A stretch of DNA of 40,169 nt from Bradyrhizobium sp. (GCA_046590305.1 JBKJUA010000063.1:1-40169), one strand, 5' to 3'. Numbered from the stretch's first letter, positions 20,414-30,626 are shown. Numbers and translations are program-made. The notes: generated from the sequence alone by a model not told the origin.

Positions 20414-20899
20414 TCAGAGCTGCCCGAGCAGCGTATCGCCGCCGGAAACCTCGACCTTGCCCGGTGCCGGCTCGAGGTTGATCTTCTTCACCACGCCGTC
20501 TTCCACCAGCATTGAGTAGCGCTTGGAGCGGATGCCGAGGCCGTTGCCGGAAGCATCCAGCTCCATGCCGATCGCCTTGGTGAATTCGGCGTTGCCGTCG
20601 GCGAGGAAGGTGGCTTCGTCGCGCTGGTCGGTGTCGCGCTTCCATGCGCTCATCACGAAGGCATCGTTGACCGAGACGATCGCGATGGTGCTCACGCCCT
20701 TGTCCTTGATGGCGTAGGCGTTGAGGAAAATGCTGGGCAGATGCATCTTGTGGCAGGTGCCGGTATAGGCGCCGGGCACCGCGAACAGCGCGACCTTCTT
20801 GCCCTTGAAGATGTCATCGGTGGTCTTGACCTGCGGTCCTTCCGCCGTCATCACGCGAAACTTGGCTTCCGGCAGCTTGTCGCCAACATTGATGGTCAT
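20414..20899 (-). CDS. Peroxiredoxin (Prx5-like)
   Basis: PGAYTGTC (PxxxTxxC), SVNDAFVM, LADGN, RSKRYSM; AGGAG RBS. Confidence 0.93.
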   Translation of the reverse strand: MTINVGDKLPEAKFRVMTAEGPQVKTTDDIFKGKKVALFAVPGAYTGTCHKMHLPSIFLNAYAIKDKGVSTIAIVSVNDAFVMSAWKRDTDQRDEATFLADGNAEFTKAIGMELDASGNGLGIRSKRYSMLVEDGVVKKINLEPAPGKVEVSGGDTLLGQL

Positions 20900-21018
20900 C
20901 GTCAATTCTCCTTGAATGTGCGGATGTTTCTTAAACCGGACGGGTCGGGTGCACAATATTCAGCGCGACGGAAACAGCAATGGCTCGATGCCTTGATTGC
21001 GCCTTCACTGTTCCGTCA

Positions 21019-21573
21019 TCAGCCGGAAAACCCGCCGCCGTCAAGAAAAGCCTGCTCCTCCGGCGTCGTCGAGCGCCCCAGGATGCGGTTGCGATGCGGA
21101 AAGCGCCCGAACCGGGCAACGATACCGGCGTGGTCTTCGGCGTATTTCAGGTTCTCGGTGTTGCCGGCGTTGCGGAACAGTTCGACGCAACGCAACTGGT
21201 CGGGCAAATGCTCCGAATGCATGAACGGCATGTAGAGAAACTCCAGCAATGCCGCATCGACGCGCTTGTCGGCGCCGCGCGCGATGGCACGGCCCGCCAC
21301 CTCGAGGGCCAGCGTATCGCTCGAATAGGTCCTGCTATCGTCGCGAAACATGTTGCGGGGAAACTGGTCGAGTACGATGGTCAATGCCAGCGCGCCGTCA
21401 TCGGTCGCCTCCCAGGACGACAGCTGGCCGGTCTTTGTGCGCTGCCACAGTTCCAGATAGCGGCTGCGCACCTCGGCATCGAAAGCTTCGTCGCGCCGGT
21501 ACCAGCGCTCGCCGCCGGCCTCGCCCCAGAACGCGAGAATTTCCGCAGGCTTGATGTCGCGAGCGCCGGTCAT
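21019..21573 (-). CDS. DUF924 family protein
   Basis: LDQFPRNMFR, FLYMPFMHSE, RFGRFPHRNRILGR. Confidence 0.92.
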   Translation of the reverse strand: MTGARDIKPAEILAFWGEAGGERWYRRDEAFDAEVRSRYLELWQRTKTGQLSSWEATDDGALALTIVLDQFPRNMFRDDSRTYSSDTLALEVAGRAIARGADKRVDAALLEFLYMPFMHSEHLPDQLRCVELFRNAGNTENLKYAEDHAGIVARFGRFPHRNRILGRSTTPEEQAFLDGGGFSG

Positions 21574-21598
21574 CCCGGACGCTCGCGCTGTCGCTCGC

Positions 21599-23287
21599 TC
21601 AGGCCGCCGCGGCCTTCTTTTTTTCGTCGCGCAGTTCGCGGCGCAGGATCTTGCCGACATTGGTCTTCGGCAGGTCAGCCCGGAATTCGATCTGCTTGGG
21701 GACCTTGTAGCCGGTCAGCTGGGTGCCGCAGAACTTGATGACTTCCTCGGAACTGAGGTTGGGGTCCTTCTTGACGATGAAGGCCTTGACCGCTTCGCCC
21801 GATTTGGAATCCTCGACGCCGATCACGGCGCATTCCAGCACACCCGGATGGCTCGCGATCACTTCCTCGATCTCGTTGGGATAGACGTTGAAGCCGGACA
21901 CCAGGATCATGTCCTTCTTGCGATCGACGATCTTGGTGTAGCCGCGCTCGTCCATCACCCCGATGTCGCCGGTGCGGAAGAAGCCGTCCGCGGTCATCAC
22001 GTTGGCGGTCTCTTCCGGCCGGTTCCAGTAGCCGGTCATCACCTGCGGGCCCTTGGCGCAGATTTCGCCCGGCGTGCCGAGCGGCACCTCGTTGCCGTCA
22101 TCGTCGCGGATCGAGATATAGGTCGACGGCACCGGAATCCCGATCGAGCCGGAGAACTTGTCGGTATCGGCGGGGTTGCAGGTCAGCGTCGGCGAGGTCT
22201 CCGACAGGCCGTAGCCTTCGGAGAGCGCGCAACCGGTGGTCTTCAGCCATTTCTCGGCGACCGCCTTTTGCGTCGCCATGCCGCCGCCGAACGAGGTCTT
22301 CAGCTTGGAGAAGTCGACCTTGTCGAAACCGGGCGAGTTCAACAGGCCGTTGTAGAGCGTGTTGACCGCCGGGAAGCTGTTGACCTTGTATTTCATCAAT
22401 TCCTTGATGAAGCCGGGCATGTCGCGCGGGTTCGGGATCAACAGGTTGACGCCGCCGGCCCGCACGCCGAGCAGGAAGCACGCCGTCAGCGCGAAGATGT
22501 GGTAGAGCGGCAGCGCGCAGACGATGAACAGTTCATCGACATGCGGCGGCTTCTTCAAGGCGGGCTGCAACCAGGCGTCGTTCTGCAGCACGTTGGCCAG
22601 GATGTTGCGATGAAGCAGCGTCGCGCCCTTGGAAACGCCGGTCGTGCCGCCGGTGTATTGCAGGAAGGCGACGTCATCGAGCGTCAGTGTCGGCTTGGTC
22701 AGCTTCAAGCCGCGGCCGGCAGCGACCGCGTCGTTGAAGGCGACCGAGCCCGGGATCGACCAGGCCGGCACCATCTTCTTCACACGCCGCACCACCAGAT
22801 TGACGATCACGCCCTTGAAGCCGAGCAGATCGCCCATGCTGCCGACGATGACATGCTTGACCGCGGTCTTCGCGATCACCTGCTGCACCGTGGTGGCGAA
22901 ATTCTCCAGCACGATAATCGCCTCGGCGCCGGAATCCTTGAGCTGGTGCTCGAGCTCGCGCGGGGTGTAGAGCGGATTGACGTTGACGACCGCATAGCCG
23001 GCGCGCAGCACGGCGGCGGTTGCAACCGGATATTGCAGCACGTTCGGCATCATCAGCGCGACGCGGGCGCCCTTCGCCAGCCCCTTGCTCTGCAGATAGG
23101 CGCCGAGCGCCTGTGACATCTCGTCGAGTTCGCGATAGCTGATCGATTTGTCCATGCAGATGAAGGCCCTGCGGTCGGCGAACTTCTTGAAGCTCTCCTC
23201 CAGCAGCTCCACCAGTGATGTGTACTGGTTGACGTCGATATCGGTGGGCACGCCAGCCGGATATTGCTTGAGCCAGATCCGCTCCAT
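21599..23287 (-). CDS. fadD: Long-chain-fatty-acid--CoA ligase
   Basis: LQYTGGTTGVSKG, EGYGLSETSP, RTGDIG, DRKKDMILVSGFNVYPNEIE. Confidence 0.93.
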   Translation of the reverse strand: MERIWLKQYPAGVPTDIDVNQYTSLVELLEESFKKFADRRAFICMDKSISYRELDEMSQALGAYLQSKGLAKGARVALMMPNVLQYPVATAAVLRAGYAVVNVNPLYTPRELEHQLKDSGAEAIIVLENFATTVQQVIAKTAVKHVIVGSMGDLLGFKGVIVNLVVRRVKKMVPAWSIPGSVAFNDAVAAGRGLKLTKPTLTLDDVAFLQYTGGTTGVSKGATLLHRNILANVLQNDAWLQPALKKPPHVDELFIVCALPLYHIFALTACFLLGVRAGGVNLLIPNPRDMPGFIKELMKYKVNSFPAVNTLYNGLLNSPGFDKVDFSKLKTSFGGGMATQKAVAEKWLKTTGCALSEGYGLSETSPTLTCNPADTDKFSGSIGIPVPSTYISIRDDDGNEVPLGTPGEICAKGPQVMTGYWNRPEETANVMTADGFFRTGDIGVMDERGYTKIVDRKKDMILVSGFNVYPNEIEEVIASHPGVLECAVIGVEDSKSGEAVKAFIVKKDPNLSSEEVIKFCGTQLTGYKVPKQIEFRADLPKTNVGKILRRELRDEKKKAAAA

Positions 23288-23439
23288 GGTACTTCCCCTC
23301 TTGGTTTGTTACCCGTTTTCCTGGCCGGGACGCCTTGTTTTCGGCAGTATTGAGCAATGCAGCCGCCGATGGCAAGCCGCTGCGTGCTATCGACGCATTG
23401 TCGGTTGAAAATGGCCGGTCCGACCAGCCGAATGTGTCC

Positions 23440-25029
23440 CTAACCGCGCGGCGCGGCCGCGGTTTTTGGGTCCGCAGGCTTAGCAGCGGAAGGCTTAGCA
23501 GCGGAAGGCTTGGCGGCGGAAGGCTTGGCAGCCGCAGGCTTGGTGTCCGAAGGCTTGGTGTCCGAAGGTTTGGCGTCCGAAGGTTTGGCGTCACTGCGCT
23601 TGGGCGCGGGTTTCGCGGCAGGCTTTTCCGCAGGCTTCTCAGCGGCTTTGGGCTTGGCCGGCTCCGCAGCCTTGGGCTTGGCGCCTGCGGCCGCGGGCTT
23701 TTCCGCGGCCTTGGGGGCAGCGTCCGGCTTGGCGTGGGCCTGCCTGACGGCCGCCGGCTTGGCGGCGGGCTTGCCGTCTGATTTCGCTTCGGACTTGGTT
23801 TCCTTGCCGGCCTGCTTGGCTTCAGCCGCCGTGTCCGGCTTGCTGGCCGCGACCCGCGACTTCTTTCCGCGCGGCTTCGTTGTCTGCTTCTGCTCGTCCA
23901 CGGCCACCGCGGCAATCAGGGCGGCGCCGGTCTTCTTGGGCCCGGTGTAGACGACGACGGGCTGCGATGGCGCGGGCGCCGCTGCCATCAGTTCAGAAGG
24001 CTTCGCCATCGGCGCCTGCAGCCCGGCGGTGAAGAAGCTGACGGTGGATTCGCTACCGCTGGCGTTGCCGTTGCTGGCGACGGTGTCCGGATCCTCGTCG
24101 GTGGCCGGGCGTTTGCGCCGGGGGCCGCACACCTCGTCGCGAAGGTTCGGCGGCGACGCGTCGATCGGCACCAGATTGTCGACCGTGCCGAGCGAGGGGC
24201 GCAGCCAGGTCAACGTATTGTCGGCAAAGCCGCGCTCGAGCAGTTGCGCGGCTTTCACTGCGCGCGCCGAGCCCGACGACGAGCCGAGCACCACGGCGAT
24301 CAGCCGCTTGCCGTTGCGGGTGGCCGAGGCCACCAGATTGTAACCGGAGGCGCAGATGAAGCCGGTCTTGAAGCCGTCGGCGCCGGGGTACCGCCCGATC
24401 AGCTTGTTGAAATTCTGCGTGACCCGCCGGCCATACCGGATCGAGGGGGTGTGCATGAAATATTCGTATTCTGGCAGATCGCGAATGATCGCGCGCGCCA
24501 GGATGACCAGATCGCGCGCCGAGGTGATCTGGCCGTCGGCGGGCAGGCCGTTCGGATTGACGTAAGTGCTCTGCGTCATGCCGAGCCTGAGCGCGGTCTG
24601 GTTCATCTGCGCCGAGAAACCGTCGACCGAACCGGCGACGCCCTCGGCCAGCACCACGGCCATGTCGTTGGCCGATTTCACCATCATCATGTGCAGGGCG
24701 TTTTCGACCGTGACCAAGGTGCCCGCCTTGAAGCCCATCTTCGACGGCGACTGCGAGGCGGCGACCGGCGACACCGTCAGCGTGCCCTCGAGCGTCAGCC
24801 GGCCTTCTTTCACCGCCTTCAGCGTGACATAGGCCGTCATCATCTTGGTGACGGATGCGGGATACCAGGGATAGGTGGCGTTCTCCGCCTGCAGCACCTT
24901 GCCGGTATCGGCTTCAACCACCAGCAGCGCCTCCGCATGCGCCAGGCGCGGTGCGATGACGGCGAGCGCTGCCCCGGCGACGATCAAGCTCAACAAAATC
25001 TTGCGAAGCGAAGCGAAAGGAAAATGCAC
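23440..25029 (-). CDS. D-Ala-D-Ala carboxypeptidase (peptidase S11) with long Lys/Pro/Ala-rich C-terminal tail
   Basis: PASVTK (SxxK), SAND (SxN), KTG; signal peptide; GTG 25029 start inferred. Confidence 0.9.
   Translation of the reverse strand: MHFPFASLRKILLSLIVAGAALAVIAPRLAHAEALLVVEADTGKVLQAENATYPWYPASVTKMMTAYVTLKAVKEGRLTLEGTLTVSPVAASQSPSKMGFKAGTLVTVENALHMMMVKSANDMAVVLAEGVAGSVDGFSAQMNQTALRLGMTQSTYVNPNGLPADGQITSARDLVILARAIIRDLPEYEYFMHTPSIRYGRRVTQNFNKLIGRYPGADGFKTGFICASGYNLVASATRNGKRLIAVVLGSSSGSARAVKAAQLLERGFADNTLTWLRPSLGTVDNLVPIDASPPNLRDEVCGPRRKRPATDEDPDTVASNGNASGSESTVSFFTAGLQAPMAKPSELMAAAPAPSQPVVVYTGPKKTGAALIAAVAVDEQKQTTKPRGKKSRVAASKPDTAAEAKQAGKETKSEAKSDGKPAAKPAAVRQAHAKPDAAPKAAEKPAAAGAKPKAAEPAKPKAAEKPAEKPAAKPAPKRSDAKPSDAKPSDTKPSDTKPAAAKPSAAKPSAAKPSAAKPADPKTAAAPRG
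23477..23596. repeat. Coding 15-bp tandem repeat, 8 units (KPSDA/KPSDT/KPAAA/KPSAA)
   Basis: GGCTTAGCAGCGGAA x2, GGCTTGGCGGCGGAA, GGCTTGGCAGCCGCA, GGCTTGGTGTCCGAA x2, GGTTTGGCGTCCGAA, plus one degenerate unit. Confidence 0.9.
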
Positions 25030-25195
25030 TATCCGATTCCGGTCCTTTGAGACCCGCCTCTCGAAGAGGAGGTCCTGGGGTGTCACGTGCGGGTTCAAGC
25101 GTGTCCGGCGGCTGCAAATCTATACCGGTCTGCCGGTCCGGAACAGAGCTTGTGGGATTAAATCGTGGAGGAAATAGGTCAAATACTGGCGATAC

Positions 25196-27001
25196 TTAAA
25201 TCTTGACAGCTGCACTTTCGGGCGGTGGCGTCTGGATGCTGGCGCGGGCATTTTCCTGGACCATGAACTGGGCCCTTGCGAGTTCCGCAAAACGGCCGCC
25301 TTGCGCCACCAGTTCATCGAAAGTTCCACTTTCGATCACGCGGCCATTGTCGAACATCAGGATCCGCGTGGCGTGGCGGATAGTGGAGAGCCGGTGTGCG
25401 ATCACGAAGGTGGTGCGGCCCTTCATCACCTCGTCGAGCGCGGCGTTGAGCTTGGCCTCGGTGACGGCATCGAGCGCGCTGGTGGCCTCGTCGAGGATCA
25501 GGATCGGCGGATCCTTCAGCAAAGCGCGGGCAATCGACAGTCGCTGCCGCTCGCCGCCGGACAGCATGCGTCCTCGTTCGCCGGCATTGGTCTGAAATCC
25601 CTGCTCGCCGCGCTCGATGAACTCCAGTGCCTGGGCGCGGCCTGCCGCGATCCGCAGTTCCTCGTCCGTCGCGTCCGGCTTGCCGACCCGCAGATTGTCC
25701 GCGATCGAACGGCTGAACAGCAACGCTTCCTGGAACACCACGCCGATATTCCGCCGCAGCGCCGTCAGCGTCAGGCCGCGGACGTCCATGCCGTCGACTC
25801 TGATGAAGCCCGACTGCGGATCGAACGCGCGATGCAGCAGTGCGATCGCGGTGGATTTGCCGGCGCCGGTGGGGCCGACCAGCGCGATGGTCTGGCCGGG
25901 CAGCGCGGTGAAGGAAAGGTCCTCGACCGCGGGCCGCTTGCCGTCATAGGAAAACGACACGTCCTTGAATTCGACCATGCCGGACAGCCGGCCGGGATCG
26001 ATCGCATCGGGCCGGTCGCGCACCGCGGGCACCGCATCCAGCACGTTGAAGAATTCCTGCAGGCGCGGCGCTTCCATGAATACGTTGTTGACGAAGGAGA
26101 CCACCTGTTCGAGCTTCTGGATCAGCATGGTGGCGAAGCTCACGAACATCACGATCTCGCCTACCGTGGTCAGGCCCTGTTCGTGCAGCGCGATCCCGAC
26201 GGTGAAGATCGCCAGCACCGTGATGGTGGTCGATGCCCGCGTGATGATGGTGACCAGCGCCCACCACGACAGTACCGGCATCTGCACTGCCAAGAGCTTG
26301 TCGGCGACGAAACGCAGGCCCTGCACCTCGGCCTGGATGCGGACGAAGCTTTGTACCAGCGCGACATTGCCGAGCGCGTCGGAGGCACGGGCGGAGAGGT
26401 CGCTGTAATGTCCCTCCACCTCGCTTTGCATGCCGTAGGTCTTGCGTACTACCAGCGTGGTCAGCACCGTGAACACCACGCAAAGGATGAACAGCAGAAC
26501 CGCCAGCCGCCAGTTGATGTAGAGCGCCAGCGGCAGCAGCACCACCAGCGACAGGATCGCGGAGAAATGCTCGCGGAAAAATCCGAGCCACAGCCGCCAC
26601 AGCGAGTCAGTGCCGTTCAGCATTACCTTCATCAGCCGGCCGGAATGGGTGCCGGTGTGGAAGGTCAGCGGCAGCTGCATGATGTGCTCGAAATAATTCG
26701 TCAGCACCACCTGGCGCTGCCGGTGCGCCAGCCGGTCTGCGTGCAGCGCGACCGCGGCACTGCAGAGGATCGTGAACAGGCCGAACGCCGCCCATGCCGC
26801 CAGCAGCGGCCAGGCCGAGGACGACGACAGAGGTCCCCCGGTCGGCTTGCCCGAAAGCACATCAACGATGCGGCCGAACAGCACCGGCTCGGCGAATTGC
26901 GCGCCGGCCAGCAGCAGATTGGCGCCGGCCAGGATCCAGCCCAGCCGCGCTTCCTTGCCGAGCAGTTCGAGTACGCGGGTATAGAGTCGAATCATGGACA
27001 T
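25196..27001 (-). CDS. ndvA: Cyclic beta-glucan ABC exporter (permease plus ATPase)
   Basis: [23 protein letters not shown]-terminal motifs; [28 protein letters not shown]. Confidence 0.88.
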   Translation of the reverse strand: MSMIRLYTRVLELLGKEARLGWILAGANLLLAGAQFAEPVLFGRIVDVLSGKPTGGPLSSSSAWPLLAAWAAFGLFTILCSAAVALHADRLAHRQRQVVLTNYFEHIMQLPLTFHTGTHSGRLMKVMLNGTDSLWRLWLGFFREHFSAILSLVVLLPLALYINWRLAVLLFILCVVFTVLTTLVVRKTYGMQSEVEGHYSDLSARASDALGNVALVQSFVRIQAEVQGLRFVADKLLAVQMPVLSWWALVTIITRASTTITVLAIFTVGIALHEQGLTTVGEIVMFVSFATMLIQKLEQVVSFVNNVFMEAPRLQEFFNVLDAVPAVRDRPDAIDPGRLSGMVEFKDVSFSYDGKRPAVEDLSFTALPGQTIALVGPTGAGKSTAIALLHRAFDPQSGFIRVDGMDVRGLTLTALRRNIGVVFQEALLFSRSIADNLRVGKPDATDEELRIAAGRAQALEFIERGEQGFQTNAGERGRMLSGGERQRLSIARALLKDPPILILDEATSALDAVTEAKLNAALDEVMKGRTTFVIAHRLSTIRHATRILMFDNGRVIESGTFDELVAQGGRFAELARAQFMVQENARASIQTPPPESAAVKI

Positions 27002-27099
27002 GCGGGCGGGACTCGAGGGATCGGCGGGACCGACGATGATCAGAGCCGCATTCTAATCAGGGATCGCCGCGGAGATACAGCCGTTCGCTGCCTTCTTCC

Positions 27100-28155
27100 T
27101 CAATTGATCACGCGGTCGCCGGGCGCAGGCAGGAAGGAATCGTCGAAGATATCGGCTGCTTTAGGTCGTTTCTGGAATTTGAAGTCCTCGGCAATCTGAT
27201 CGACCGAGCGCTCGAACCTGACGGGGTCGATGCCGCCGATGCCGTTGCGCCTCACGTCGGTGGTGAGGATGTTGTCTCGAATGGCGGTGTGCAGGCGTTC
27301 CAGCTCGAGGTCGCGCGATCCGCCGTCCATCCGGCTCACCACTTCCTCCGCGGCGCGTGTCGGGTCCTTGACGGCGAGATGGATGCCGGCCATCACCGCG
27401 CGCAGAAAACCCTTTACCGCCTCGGGCCTGGTCGCCGCGAATGCCGGATTGACGATCAGCGCGAAGCCGTAGGCCTCGCCGCCATAATCGGCGTAGCGCA
27501 GCACGGCCAGGTCGTCGGCGGGAATGCCGCGGTCCCTCAGATTGACGCCCGAAAGGTAGGAAAACCCGGTCACGGCGTCGACCTGACCCGCCGACAGCAT
27601 CGGCTCGCGCACCGCGGCGCTGATCTTGCTCTGCTTGACGCCGGCGGTGTTGATACCGTTCTGCCGCGCCAGCGCGGGCCACAGCCGGATCGACAGATCG
27701 CCCTCGGGGACGCCGAGTGTCTTGCCTTCGATATCGGACAGCGCGCGAATGCCGCGACTCTTGCGGGCAATGATGGCGTAGGGCGCCTTGTTGAACAGCA
27801 CGAATACCGCCTTGATCTGGGGCGCGCCGGGCTTGTCGCGAAACCGGATCAATTCGTTGATGTCGACCAGTGCGAGGTCGGTGGTCCCCGCGGCGACGCG
27901 GGCGATACCGTCAACCGATCCGCTGGCGATATTGGTATTGACCGTCAGCCCTTCCGAACCGAACAAGCCCCGGCTCGCCGCCATCACGAACGGGGCGGCG
28001 CTGGCATCGATCGGCCGATCGAGTGAAAACTGGATCGCGACCGGCGGTCGCGTTTCGCCAGCCGCCCCGCATTCAACCGCGCCGGACCCAAGACCGAGCA
28101 GGCCCAGCAGCAACGTCAGAAGGCAGCGAACTGCATTGGTCGAAATTGCACGCAT
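27100..28155 (-). CDS. ABC transporter substrate-binding protein, NMT1/THI5-like (no permease or ATPase nearby)
   Basis: Signal peptide; REPMLSAGQVDAVTGF, YADYG.E.YG motifs; start uncertain. Confidence 0.82.
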   Translation of the reverse strand: MRAISTNAVRCLLTLLLGLLGLGSGAVECGAAGETRPPVAIQFSLDRPIDASAAPFVMAASRGLFGSEGLTVNTNIASGSVDGIARVAAGTTDLALVDINELIRFRDKPGAPQIKAVFVLFNKAPYAIIARKSRGIRALSDIEGKTLGVPEGDLSIRLWPALARQNGINTAGVKQSKISAAVREPMLSAGQVDAVTGFSYLSGVNLRDRGIPADDLAVLRYADYGGEAYGFALIVNPAFAATRPEAVKGFLRAVMAGIHLAVKDPTRAAEEVVSRMDGGSRDLELERLHTAIRDNILTTDVRRNGIGGIDPVRFERSVDQIAEDFKFQKRPKAADIFDDSFLPAPGDRVIN

Positions 28156-28313
28156 TGCGATTACTTCAGGCGGTCCGACGTCAGTTGCGGCGGCGGTTAT
28201 GCTTGTTTCATGCCGGACCGCGCGCGGGAGGTGGTCATACTGTCGCATCGAACCTGAACGGCCGATGAGTGCCACGATTTCGACACCGATCGTTCAGCTT
28301 GCATTCGGATTGG

Positions 28314-28338
28314 GGAACCTAATATGAGGCTAGTGGTT
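28314..28338 (+). promoter_or_regulatory. Putative sigma-EcfG promoter, Gly/Tyr-rich gene 1
   Basis: GGAAC-N16-GGTT(AGC). Confidence 0.75.
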
Positions 28339-28383
28339 AGCCATCCAGGCCTGCCAGGCCAGACGACCACGGAGGACATTGAG

Positions 28384-28839
28384 ATGTTCGCGCGTAAAGC
28401 CTTGTTTTCATCGATCAGCCGCGCCGTCGTCGTGGCGACAGTCGCCGCGCTGGCGGTGACCGCGTTCGAGCCGTCAACGGCGCGCGCCGAATCCGCCCCC
28501 GTTGGTCAGGGTCTGTCGACGGCTGCGGCCAGCGACGCCACCGACTTCAGCTCCCAGCGCCGGCGTTATCGTCGCGGCGGTAACGCCGCAGCGGCAGCCG
28601 CTATTGCCGGCATCGTCGGCACCGGTATCGCAATCGCCGCGACCCAGAACCGCCGTCATTACTACTATGACAACGGCCCGGGCTATTACGGCGGTGGCCC
28701 GGTCTACTATGGCGGCGGCCAGCAATATTATCGCAGCCAGCCGTACTACGGTGGCGGCCATTACCGAGGCGGCTATCCCAGCAACCACTACGGCCGCGGC
28801 GGCGCGTTCGATACCACGACGCCTCATCACAACTGGTAA
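28384..28839 (+). CDS. Exported Gly/Tyr-rich small protein, paralog 1
   Basis: GGAGG RBS; signal peptide; TDFSSQRRRY; hydrophobic AAIAGIVGTGIAIAA; YYGGG repeats. Confidence 0.85.
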   Translation: MFARKALFSSISRAVVVATVAALAVTAFEPSTARAESAPVGQGLSTAAASDATDFSSQRRRYRRGGNAAAAAAIAGIVGTGIAIAATQNRRHYYYDNGPGYYGGGPVYYGGGQQYYRSQPYYGGGHYRGGYPSNHYGRGGAFDTTTPHHNW

Positions 28840-28865
28840 CTGTCGGTTTCCGCGACAAATTTGAG

Positions 28866-28900
28866 CCGCCGGCAGCATGACGATGTCGGCGGACTTTTCT
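28866..28900 (+). terminator. Terminator after paralog 1
   Basis: CCGCCGGCA...TGTCGGCGG followed by ACTTTTCT. Confidence 0.7.
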
Positions 28901-28917
28901 TTGCCTGAAGCGCCTGT

Positions 28918-28942
28918 GGAACCAGCCAAAGGCTCAATGGTT
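28918..28942 (+). promoter_or_regulatory. Putative sigma-EcfG promoter, Gly/Tyr-rich gene 2
   Basis: GGAAC-N16-GGTT(AGC); boxes conserved with 28314 while the spacer has diverged. Confidence 0.75.
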
Positions 28943-28988
28943 AGCTATTCTGGGCCTGCCAGGCCCATTGACCACGGAGGATATCGAG

Positions 28989-29438
28989 ATGCTCGCGCGT
29001 AAGACTTTGCTTTCATCGATCGGCCGCGCCGCTGTCGTGGCAACGGTCGCGGCGGTGGCGTTGACCGCGTTCGAGCCTTCAACGGCTCGCGCCGGATCCG
29101 CGCCCGCAGGCCAGGGCCTGACGACCGCGACCAGCGGCAGCACCGACTTCAGTGCCCAGCGCCGGCGTTACTATCGTGGCGGCGGTGGCGCCGCTGCGGC
29201 GGCCGCTTTTGCCGGTATCGTCGGCACCGGGATCGCTATCGCCGCGGCCCAAAATCACCGGGGCTATTACTATGGCGGCGGGCCGGCCTATTACGGCGGT
29301 GGTCCTGTCTATTATGGCGGCGGCGACCCCTATTATGGAAGTCAGCCCTACTATGGCGGTGGCTACTACGGCGGCGGATATTACGGCCACCGGTCGGGCG
29401 TGCCCCGCTTTAACGGTCACCCGATCGCCAACTGGTAA
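28989..29438 (+). CDS. Exported Gly/Tyr-rich small protein, paralog 2
   Basis: Same leader (ACCACGGAGGA.AT.GAG ATG) and architecture; TDFSAQRRRYY, YYGGG repeats, ends in NW. Confidence 0.85.
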   Translation: MLARKTLLSSIGRAAVVATVAAVALTAFEPSTARAGSAPAGQGLTTATSGSTDFSAQRRRYYRGGGGAAAAAAFAGIVGTGIAIAAAQNHRGYYYGGGPAYYGGGPVYYGGGDPYYGSQPYYGGGYYGGGYYGHRSGVPRFNGHPIANW

Positions 29439-29463
29439 ACATCGGCTTCTGAACTGAATCGAC

Positions 29464-29499
29464 CCGCCGGCAGCTTAACGATGCCGGCGGATTTTTGTT
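29464..29499 (+). terminator. Terminator after paralog 2
   Basis: CCGCCGGCA...TGCCGGCGG followed by ATTTTTGTT. Confidence 0.75.
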
Positions 29500-29564
29500 G
29501 CGCGGATGCGGGCAGGAAACCGGCCGTTAACACGCTTTCCATCGGTTTCGACTAGGTTCGGAGG

Positions 29565-29981
29565 ATGGGTGATTCGCTCGAACGGCTTTATCAGGCTGTC
29601 CTCGCGGCCAAGGATCTCGATCCGGCCACGTCGCGAACCGCACGGCTGTTTCAGCGTGGCCCGGCCAAGATGGCCAAAAAACTGGCGGAAGAAGCCATCG
29701 AGGTCGTGATCGATGCCGTCAACGGCAATTCCGATGCGGTGGTCCGCGAGAGCGCCGATCTGCTCTACAATCTCACCGTCTTGTGGGCATCGGCCGGCGT
29801 GCGGCCCGAGGACGTCTGGCGCGAGATGGAGCGGCGCGAGCATCTGCTTGGAATCGCGGAGAAGCTGCCGAAATCGTCGCTCAAGCGAACCGCAACGACG
29901 ACCGCGCCCTCAGCCGCGCCCGCGGCCGTCCGGCGACGAATTGTCGCGCTTGAGGGCCGCAGCCTGCGAAAGCGGCACTAA
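29565..29981 (+). CDS. hisE: Phosphoribosyl-ATP pyrophosphatase, stand-alone copy
   Basis: SRTARLF..G, KKLAEEAIEV, ESADLLYNLTVLW; not in a his operon. Confidence 0.85.
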   Translation: MGDSLERLYQAVLAAKDLDPATSRTARLFQRGPAKMAKKLAEEAIEVVIDAVNGNSDAVVRESADLLYNLTVLWASAGVRPEDVWREMERREHLLGIAEKLPKSSLKRTATTTAPSAAPAAVRRRIVALEGRSLRKRH

Positions 29982-30044
29982 ACCTCCCAAATTTCCCGCA
30001 TTTGTCGGCATGGACAAATTCGCTCCATGGTGGTTCATCGCGCC

Positions 30045-30626
30045 ATGCTGAGACGAATTTACGATTGGTGCATCGACTCCGCCCACAAGCCCTATTCGGT
30101 CTGGATCATGGGCGCGGTGTCGTTCGCGGAAAGCTCGTTTTTTCCGGTGCCGCCGGATGTGATGCTGATCCCGATGGCGCTGGCGCGGCCGGAGCGGGCT
30201 TGGTTCTATGCCATGGTCTGCACCGTGACTTCGGTGCTGGGCGGCATCGTCGGCTATGCCATCGGCGCGCTGCTCTATGATTCGCTCGGGCAATGGCTGA
30301 TCCAGATTTACGGCCTCAGCGGCAAGGTCGAGGCGTTCCGCGCCTCCTATGCCGAATGGGGTGCCGTGATCATCATCGGCAAGGGCCTCACGCCGATCCC
30401 CTACAAGCTGGTGACGATCACCTCGGGCTTTGCCGATTACAACATCTGGCTGTTTATCCTGTGTTCGATCATCGCCCGCGGCGGCCGTTTCTTCTTTGTC
30501 GCCATCCTGCTCAACCGTTACGGCGAATGGATCCGGATGCAAATCGAGAAGCGTCTGGGGCTGTGGGTGGCGCTCGGAGCCGCCGTGCTGGTGCTCGGGT
30601 TTGTCGTCGCGTTCAAGTTGATCTGA
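30045..30626 (+). CDS. YqaA/DedA (VTT domain) membrane protein
   Basis: SFAESSFFPVPPDVMLIPM, SVLGG..GY.IG, TPIPYKLVTI. Confidence 0.9.
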   Translation: MLRRIYDWCIDSAHKPYSVWIMGAVSFAESSFFPVPPDVMLIPMALARPERAWFYAMVCTVTSVLGGIVGYAIGALLYDSLGQWLIQIYGLSGKVEAFRASYAEWGAVIIIGKGLTPIPYKLVTITSGFADYNIWLFILCSIIARGGRFFFVAILLNRYGEWIRMQIEKRLGLWVALGAAVLVLGFVVAFKLI

